A DNA stretch of 64,000 nucleotides, from positions 34,658,001 through 34,722,000 of the forward strand of contig NC_043015.1 in the NCBI RefSeq assembly GCF_006345805.1, written 5' to 3'. A model generated the notes under the pieces. The model did no database searches. It saw nothing but the letters and a program-made list of their open reading frames with translations, and was not told where the DNA came from. This document shows, piece after piece, positions 55,181-64,000 of this stretch. The stretch is from Octopus sinensis (taxonomy: Eukaryota). A program made the position numbers and the translations under genes. Numbering within the stretch: the first letter of the stretch is position 1; each line of letters opens with the position of its first letter.

Positions 55181-57549
55181 ATTTGTCCCCGTCAAGCCTT
55201 CCCCATCATACATCACTCTTCTAACTACTGCATTATTCTGCCACTGAAATTAAATGAAAGTAATATTACATATATCATCATCCCTTTGTGCTCCCAGATA
55301 CCTGATACCACATATCTTTTCCATTAATCACCCATCACTCCTCCCTTGAACCACCACCTATTCACACACTATCTCATATTTACCAGTCACACCCCTGTGT
55401 TTACCACTTCATTTATCCCTTCACATTCACTCCCTATACACCATCACCAGCTCCTCTCTCCTGAATCACTTGTATTGAGATCTATCTTTCCTTCCCAAAT
55501 TCATATTTACTACCAACCATCTCTCCACCTTCATGACCATTCACTCCCACCCTTTTCTCTAACCATCTTTCACTCTCTCCACATATTCTTGCCACTTTTA
55601 GCTCCCTACTCTTCCTGATCTCTGTCGCACACTCTCTTCTAACCACCTTGTGTCTTGAGAGTATGCTGACATCATGTCACCAGAATCTTTCTCCAGCTTT
55701 CCAATTCCACCACCTCAATTACTCACTCCCACCCATATCCATTCCTTTCTATTTAACTTCTCAACAACTAGCTTCTGATACTCTATCATATTCCCACTCC
55801 ATTTATAGGGCTCTCTAGTTTTGCAATTTACATGCCCTCACTAATGCTGGTGCCACAAAAGAAAAAGCACTTAGAACACTCTGCAAAGTGGTTGGCATTA
55901 AGAAGAGCATCCGGCCATCAAAATCATGCCAAAGCAGACACTGGAGCACAATGCAGTCTTTGAACCCATTGGATAGATGTTAAACGGTGATGATAATGAA
56001 TTTATTTCGAATTTCTTCATATATTGTTCTTTGAAATTAAAGCAAACTGAAATAATGTTTCTACATCTAAATAATTGAGTAGCCCAGTATTTTTAAGTCT
56101 CTCATACCTTAAGTCAAAGAGATATAATGGTGAATAAAAGATGGTCTACTTGACGCATACAAAACTATTTATTTCATTTATGCACCTCAAAGAACTAAAT
56201 TACTTTGTTTATGATTCTAGTTGTAAAGATAACTCTTGGTTGAAAGTAACCTGGATAGCTACTAGATGTATTTACCGTTTCCAAAGTTTCGTTGGTGTTA
56301 TTAATAGTCTCCCAATCTATATATTTCAGTGTGTAAAAATGAAGGGAACTAGTTTTGTGTTTTATCATCAATAATTTCTTTTGATGTTTAGTTTACAGTT
56401 TCTGATCAAGACAATGTTGCAATCGCTTCCTATTTCATATTTCAATATATTTAGTATAAGAAAATAGAGTGATTATTAAAATAGCATAGCAATTGATTCC
56501 TATACAACACAGAATGTCTTCTACAACAGTCTCAGGCCAAACCATGCTTTGCAAGTGCTATTGATATGTTCTTCAAATAGAAAATAAACGGACAAAATAG
56601 ATTCCAGATTATCCACTCAAAAACAACATTAGAAACAGAAGTGAAATGCTGTCATCCACAATGCTCAAGTTCACTAAAACTGAACAGATTAAGATAAGCC
56701 GTAGCAAGCTGGGTGAGGAAAATCAGAAAAATAAAGTACAGTGTAATGCTTAAAATGTGATATCACAAGCATATACTTGTCTGCTATCAACATCAAAGTC
56801 AGGTTTGATAACAGAACAGCTGACCACTACCAGTCTGTGTCACTTCCAGACAAAAGTCTTATACAGAAAACAGACTCTGAAAATGAAAATATCTGACTTG
56901 CATTACTGAATCAAAAAGAAAAAAAAATCTTTAATATATCTGAAATGTTAATCATTTAAAGTTTGAAAACCGCAGTAAAATTCACTGGAAACAGAAGAGT
57001 AAATGCACTGTATGGTTCGGGTGGGTGGGAATCATAGTTTTAATACAAACAAAGGTGTATAAACTTCTTACATTATTAACTTCTCAAAATTCTCCTCAAT
57101 ATCCAGTTGGGAGGACACATACAGCTATGGAGATAACATTTCCTACTCAGTGGATGCTATAAGAAGTTAATATTAGTTAAAGCACAAACGTTCTACCACT
57201 AGATCAATGAATCCAGACATCTATATCCATATCATTTCAGAACTTTTTATCTTTTTCTTTTGTTACAACAATTATGAAATATTTTAACAGATTAACTACA
57301 AAAATATCCAGCATTATTTCACCTGATACAGCTATTCTTCGTGAAACCTACCAAGTTGATATAATCATCATCATCATCATCTTAGCCTTATTTCCAAAAT
57401 CAAAGGGACTTGTAGAATGAATATCATTATATTACTCTAATTCATTGTTTTCTTTTCACCTTTTCTTTCCAACTCAGAGTTGCTAAGTCTAAATGCATAT
57501 AGTATGGCAAGGATAATCAGAAATTATTTATATTATTTACATTAGATAG

Positions 57550-57847
57550 ATATTTGTCCTCAACTTGTTTGTTGTCAACACAACGTTTCAGCCTTCATCA
57601 GGTGTCTTGGGAAAATTTGAACCTGGGTTCTCATTCCTAAGGTATTTTTTTGATATTATTATTATTAAGGTTACTACTTGGAATCGAACTCGGAATCTTG
57701 GAGTTAGTAACCCACGCTCTTAACCACATAAAAAAATACTTTAGAATGAGAACCCACGTTCGAAATTTCCCCAAGACACCTGATGAAGGTTGGAGGGTAT
57801 CTCAGCCGAAATTTTGTGTTAACAACAAACAAGATGAGGATAAATAT
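57550..57847. mobile_element. Foldback / MITE-like element with about 100-bp imperfect terminal inverted repeats
   Basis: atatttgtcctcaacttgtttgttg...ggtgtcttggg...tgggttctcattc is mirrored by gaatgagaaccca...cccaagacacc...caacaaacaagatgaggataaatat. Confidence 0.75.
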
Positions 57848-60011
57848 CCGTCAAATGTAAATAATGTAAATAATGTAAATAATGTACCTAATTCCTCTCT
57901 TAAATATAGAACTGTATAATCAGAAATGTAATGAAATTATACCTGAGAAATAGACATGGTTTTCAAAATTAAATTTCGTGTTTTGCATGGTTGTGTGGTA
58001 AGAAGTTTGCTTCTCAACCATATGATTCAAGGTTCAGTCCCACTGCATGGCACCTTGAGCAAGTGTCTTCTACTATGGCCCCAAAGCCTTATGAGTGATT
58101 TTGATAGAAGGAATCCAAATTAGCTGGTTGTGTATAAATACATACGTGTGTGCTGTCTCTATGTCATGACATTGTATGATAAGAGTAAAGAAGCGTCACC
58201 GTTAAGCAAGCGGTATCCTTCGTTTCTAATATTCAGTAAAAACGTCTGTTTATAGGGTAATATTACCTTACTTAAAAAGAGATGAGGGTTGCCAACAGGC
58301 CGCAAAAAATCTACCTCAATAAATTATCTCAGACCCGTGCGAGCAAGGAAAAATGGACGTTAAAACGATGATGGTTGAGACGATCTCGCAAAAAAAAGTC
58401 ATCTAGGCAGTAGCAGAAGTGTTAAAACTATAATTATTCACTATGAAGGCTCTTAACAGGATGGAACACATAAATCAAATACCATTCAATAAACGTTTGT
58501 AACTTTTGTCTCCTATAAAAGATATTAAGAAGGTTATTTTGCAACCATAAAATTCTGGATTCAACCCACTTGCACATGTCCACCGTAAGCTCTGATGCAT
58601 AAATACCTTATTAGGGAGATAGTAGACAGAAAGGGTACAGTAGCCAGGTGTGTGTGTGTTACCTTTTACGTTTTACCTATTTCAATCACTGGACTATGGC
58701 TATGCAAGGGCACCACCTTGAAAGGATCAGTTCAACAATTCGACTCTGGGACTTTAAGTCTGTCAGTCTCTTTTCCTGAACTTGTTTACGTTCCAGTAAG
58801 TTACTGGAACGTAAACAAACCAACACCAGTTGTCAAGTGGAATAAAGGAGCAAACACACACATATACTCGATGGGATTCCACACCGTTTCCGTCAAACAA
58901 ATTCGCTCATGCTATAATAGGGTCGCCAGAAGAATTAGGGAGAAGCAATTAATCGGGCCTTAGGTAAATAGACTTTTTTGTTAGGTAAGAAAAACTGTGT
59001 AAACTACTTCAATGAAGTCAGATACATTTTTGTCATGTGAACTGCTCGATCAATTTATGTGAAAATATTTTAAACTTAACTTTTGAACTCAAATAAACAG
59101 CATTTGTTAAACTATTCACAATGAATAGTTTAACAAATGCTTTTAAGTTAAGCACGATTACCTCCCTTGTCTTGGGATCCTTAAAATGGGAGTTTCTTGG
59201 TCCCAGTCCAGTGACTGAAACCCCTGAACAAAAGAAGAAAAGGAAAGGACATAGGAAACGATACCATCGGAGAGATATAGGAGATGATCAGAACGATGAA
59301 AACATCCCTCTACCTCATTTTAATACAATATCTTGATAAGAACTCAAAGTTGAAATCTAGGTTCAAAATTCACCTCAATGACGAATGCTTGTCTAGACTT
59401 ATACAAATTCCTGAAGATGAAAACAGCAAACAATGATAATATCTCGATAGTATCACGTAATGTCACAGCCAAAGATAAGAAATAATCTGATCTGCTGCTG
59501 CATTTAGTCCTGATTCAGATGACTGACACACACCTCTAAATTCCCGTCAGTGATATGATAGGTTCTAAACAAACCTTTTCATCTTGATATAATTAATTAA
59601 AATCAATATGTTTAATTATTAAGCTATAGTTCTTCTGCACAACTCATCTTATTTAAAGAATTTGCCAACAGCAAAGATTCTGATTAAGTGTTGCCAGTCA
59701 ATTGCCTAAAACAGAGAAATGTCCCGTATTGCAGAAATCAGAGTTGCTGATTCAGAATAGATTTGCCCAAGAAATAGATTCCGGGTCTGACAAAATCTTT
59801 TAACTTAGGGTAACATTAAGTATCGATTCATCTTAAACATAAGCAAATAAAAGTTTTCGTCACATCACACAATCTGTAATACATTCTTCAATAATTTAAG
59901 ATGTGGGCCGCTTTGAGAAAAACAAACAATTCCAATGAACGGAATTTCTTCAAATATTTCGAAATGAGAGCAAAGAACCGGTGCGAATGATATTCTCAAA
60001 GAAACACTTAC

Positions 60012-60200
60012 CTTTCACATAGTAGGATGTAATTATCGCTCGAGGGAGCAGGTTTACTCCAATACCAACACTGCGAGTAGATTTGGCAACCCCAGGCATT
60101 CTTAAGACGATGGATGTGTACTTGCAAAGAAGTTAGGCTAAGGGTCACAGAACCCCTGAATATCTCAGCTGCACCGTCAAAAGACGAAGTTTCATATGTT
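60012..60200 (-). other. Candidate first exon A, with a uORF at 60195-60145 and an in-frame upstream ATG at 60099
   Basis: AAG|GTAAGT donor at 60010-60011 in a CpG-richer region; no polypyrimidine acceptor upstream. The 5' boundary is approximate. Confidence 0.55.
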
Positions 60201-60991
60201 AACGGTCGACCAAAAAAGTGACAACAGAAGCTGCTTTCTTGTTGGAGATTTGTTTTTTACAGTCTTTTTTCAAAACAACTATTTTTTCCCTATTCTCCAC
60301 TGAGGTACGGAACTAGTGATTAGTGATCTGGTGTCATTCTTGTCTGAGCAAATCCGATTCCAAGAAGCAAGCTGAGGCGAGTGGCGATCGTAATGCTGCC
60401 ACCTCTTTAGATAATAAAGACAACTATTTGGTGTAGAGAGAGAGAGAATAGGTTCAGACTGGTGTTGTTTGTCTTATAAAATATAGTAGATAAACCAGTG
60501 ACCGGTGGTGTCGTGTTTATACATGCCCCAGCTGACAATACCAACACAGAAATATTACTAAGTTGGGAAATAATAAAAACATGGAAAAGTTTCTCAGTTA
60601 AACAATTTCAAATTTTTTTAGCTGCGATTTGAAGGTTGAGGGGGAAATCAGTTGAGAAACTAGAAATATATTAAATAACAGGAAACAAGTAAAAATAATT
60701 GAAGTTTGATGAGAGAGAGCAGCAAGTGTGAGTGGAACCTTTAATGTGTAATGATAAAATGAGGAGTGAATTAGTGATATATAGCAAAAGCAATTAGCAG
60801 TGGGTGTGTGAAGGATGTGTGTCGTTCATGATGTCATAAACCAGCTGTTGTGGTGGTTGTTGTTGTTGCTGCTGTCGTCAAGTTTGAACATGCAGCCGGA
60901 GTAGAAGGCAGGATGTGTGTCGGGTGGAAGACTGGTCACACAGCTGACTTCCTCTCTAAATATATACCTACGGCAATTCACTAATATTTAC

Positions 60992-61050
60992 CTCGGTAGC
61001 TTCAACTACTGCAGGAGGGTGAGGAGGGGAGGCGGCGAGAGAAACGGACA
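60992..61050 (-). other. Candidate first or internal 5'UTR exon B
   Basis: GAG|GTAAAT donor at 60990-60991, preceded by a long pyrimidine tract ending in CAG. The 5' boundary is unknown. Confidence 0.4.
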
Positions 61051-61500
61051 AAGACATTGGACTTATAGAATAGAAGAAGAGGAAAATGGAAAAATGGATA
61101 ATTTAGCAACTTTTAAACGGCAAAACAGATGAAAAGAGTTGACGAGGAGAAATAATGAGTTGAGAAGCACATGGGGGGGAAACGGCAGGATTCTTTGATT
61201 AAAATAGCATTCAAATATAGGATTTAATATAGACACTGACCTCAGTAGTTCATAACTATTTTACAGACCCCGAAGAATGAAATCAAAGCTGACTTCGGCG
61301 CGGTTTGAACTCAAAATGTTTAAAGGGCAACGACTGAACCCCATTCGAGCGATTCTGTGAGGGTCTTCGGAAATTTGGTGTAACAAAACGGAGAAATATT
61401 TATAATTTTTAAAACTACTTTAGAATATTTGGGCCAATAATAAAGAAATTTGTCTTTAAGCAATGCTTATTGAAAGAATGATAAATAATGTCGAACTTAC

Positions 61501-61580
61501 CAAATCGAATCGGTGCCCGTCTACCGACGTGGGGAGGACATTCGCAGCCCGCCAACACTACGGCTTACTACACAAAGAAC
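61501..61580 (-). other. Candidate first exon C with uORF MSSPRR* (61541-61521)
   Basis: TTG|GTAAGT donor at 61499-61500 at the edge of a CpG-dense patch. The 5' boundary is approximate. Confidence 0.5.
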
Positions 61581-64000
61581 TATTACAAAAGGCCATATTT
61601 AACCATACTCTGCAAAGGCCATTCTCAGTAGTTTTGTTTTCCTGATTTAAACTAAAATCATTGATTTGTAAAATTCTAGAATGATAATATTGTTTTCAAG
61701 AAGTCTCAAGTGCAAAGACCTATTTTGTGGCGGAAGGTTTAAAATGGTGTTATTCGGTCGTGATCAGGTTCTCGTCTCCTAAAACTAAAGAGTGGAGTTT
61801 AGTGTGGTTCGTTCTTCAGCGCACTTTGGTCTCCACCTATTAGTTTTTCAGTAATTAACAGCATTGTTAATTACTTGCACACACTCATATATATATATAT
61901 TTACGACATACCTACACAAGTATACCCCTCCCCAACTTGGTTCCTCGTGAATTTTAGAAATACCTTTCAGATGGTGTAGATTAGGATTATGTAGGAATTT
62001 ATTAAAGAAAAAAAAATGGTAGGCTTGCACACATACTGACAGACATCACTTGAAATTTCGAAAACAATGTGATGTGTATATGAGTACGTGTCCAACAATT
62101 TTATTTTACAAATTATATTCTCATATATTTCTAATATATACCACCTGAAAAGTATTTATAGAAAATTTCATTAAAAGAAATACTCGTTTTTCTGAAAGGC
62201 ATGAGGCAACAAAGCCGATTCGTGTGAATTTTTCGAAACTCCTCCATCCTTGGAAAACATTTTTCACAATAAATTCCGGTATAATTGTAATCTACATCAT
62301 ATGAAGCATATCTGTAGAAAGTTTCATTAAAAAACACATTTTCTAAACGTTATGAGGAAACAAAGTCGGGGATGGTGCACATAATATATGTGTGTGTGTG
62401 TTTATGTATTTGTTTTGCAAGATTCTTGAGAAATCGTGTTGACCATCCACAAGTATTAATATATATAACGGGAAGCTTTATGAAACTAGACAAAAGACGA
62501 AGGCAGGTGGGAAACAAACAAACAATTGTATTAGTATGGCGCTCAGGGAATATAAATAAAACAAGTCTTTAACGTTTCGAGCCTACGCTCTTCAACAAAA
62601 AGATACACAGAGAGAAAAAAAACACAGAAAGAAGGAGAGAAAAAAATGCGTGCAGTAACTAACGAATCAACATGGCGATCTTAATATATATATATATATA
62701 AAGGTTGAATTTATTTTCCTTTTGGCAAAATTTTAATCTCCATTCTTAAAAATAAATAATGTGGGATGACTAACAGACACGCATGCCTGTACAATACCGA
62801 ATAGTGTCAGCATTCCCTATTTTAAGTTGTGGTCACAAGCCGAAAGTATACCATCCATCCATCCATACATACATGCATGCATAGAAAGTTAGTGAGAGCC
62901 ATGTAAGCTCAGTATAAATAACAGTAGGGAGTGCTCAAATGAATGTAAACTTAAATTTTGACGTCTTCATTGAGGGCAAGGTCCACAACATCAACAGTAG
63001 CTATAAGTGAAATCGAAATTGAGATGTTATGAAGGTAATAAGTTACATAAACACAGACTTCATAAATAAATCTACATGAAGCACAAAATAAAGTCTATAA
63101 AATAAAGAAAAAAATAGAGAGGAATTATATAATGACTACACAATTTCTCTCTGTTGTATATTTTTCTTTTATTTCATGATCTGTATTTTGTGTTGCCCTG
63201 TAAATATCCTTCACAGGTTTCAGTCATTAGACTGCAGTCATGTTGGGGCTCTGCCTTGAAGAATTTTAGTCAAACAAATCAACTCCCAAACTAATTATTT
63301 TTATAAAGCTTGATACTTATCCTATCAGTCTCTTTTGCTGAACTGTTAAGTTAAAGGGACATAAACTCCAACACTGGCTGTCAAGTGGTGGTGGACAAAC
63401 AAACACAAAGACACACAGATATATATATATCTATATATATATATGGCAAGCTTCTTTCAGTTTCCGTCTTCCAAATCCACTTACAAGGCTTTTGTCAGCC
63501 TGAGGCTATAGTACAAGACATTTACCGAGGTACCATGCGGTGGGACTGAACCTGAACCATGTGGTTGGGAATAAAATTTCTTACCACACAGCCACACCTG
63601 CATCTGTATCTATCAAGCCTAACTGTGTTTATGTACCTTATTACTTGCATACATTTGCTGCACAAGCACTCGGCTCTGAGTGCACAGCTTCTTGTAGCAG
63701 AAACAGCCGTAAACTAATGGAGTTGATCATATAATTACTGTTTCTTTGGAGGGATTTTTTTAGATACATTTTTTTTTTTCCATGTTTGGTCTGGCATTCT
63801 GGTAATTTTCCTTCTATCATTATTTGATTGTTTGTTCGTCTGTCTTTACATTCTGAGTTCAAGTACCACCAAGGATGACTTTGCCTTTCATCCTTTCGGG
63901 GTCAATAAATCAAGTACCAATTGTGTACCGGAGTCGATCAAATCGACTGCTCCCCCCCTCCCCAAAAATTTGGGGTCTTGTGCCTAGAGTAGAAAAAAAA

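Larger units (their letters stand above)
59900..61800 (-). promoter_or_regulatory. Probable promoter / 5' regulatory region of the mdm gene
   Basis: Local rise in CpG and GC relative to the introns, with a cluster of three consensus minus-strand splice donors. Confidence 0.5.

Noticed and set aside
57943-57957. Alternative start MSISQ|GTATAA
   Set aside because: No usable acceptor (a SINE lies upstream) and a weak donor; exon 41920-41877 has much better signals.
59121-59336. Plus-strand 71-aa ORF with a KKKRKGHRKR basic patch
   Set aside because: No convincing splice context or family motif.
33300-59900. A third p53-binding cassette upstream of domain 1
   Set aside because: A manual scan for KP.FL..L, L[YF]DP and C.ND.L motifs with splice sites found none; an HMM-guided spliced search would be decisive.

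Overview
AT-rich, microsatellite- and SINE-laden animal DNA; the repeat landscape suggests an octopod cephalopod (inference, not verified). Almost the whole window is one minus-strand, multi-exon Mdm2/Mdm4-family E3 ligase gene. Using GT-AG boundaries and codon phase I assembled 16 coding exons by hand (41906 down to 3056) into an uninterrupted 648-aa ORF. Domain order: MENHLADDHQ start, a 3x tandem LLP-x-[ED]GSSV repeat, p53-binding (SWIB/MDM2) domain 1, linker, a second complete p53-binding domain 2, Ser/Thr-rich region, acidic region with VEYEV, RanBP2-type C4 zinc finger and C-terminal C2H2C4 RING. The main finding is the tandem duplication of the p53-binding domain. Both copies keep the 75-nt + 134-nt + phase-2/0 exon layout, are about 46% identical (32/70 aa), are both open, and differ at pocket-lining positions. 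Other notable items: a perfect 80-bp-arm palindrome in the inter-domain intron, a 22-nt micro-exon, three candidate alternative first exons with uORFs at about 60-61.6 kb, and a frame-preserving 30-nt repeat downstream of the stop. The introns contain decayed Helitron, Gypsy LTR, mariner/Tc1, Penelope and LINE remnants. The exon chain is a prediction without transcript data.
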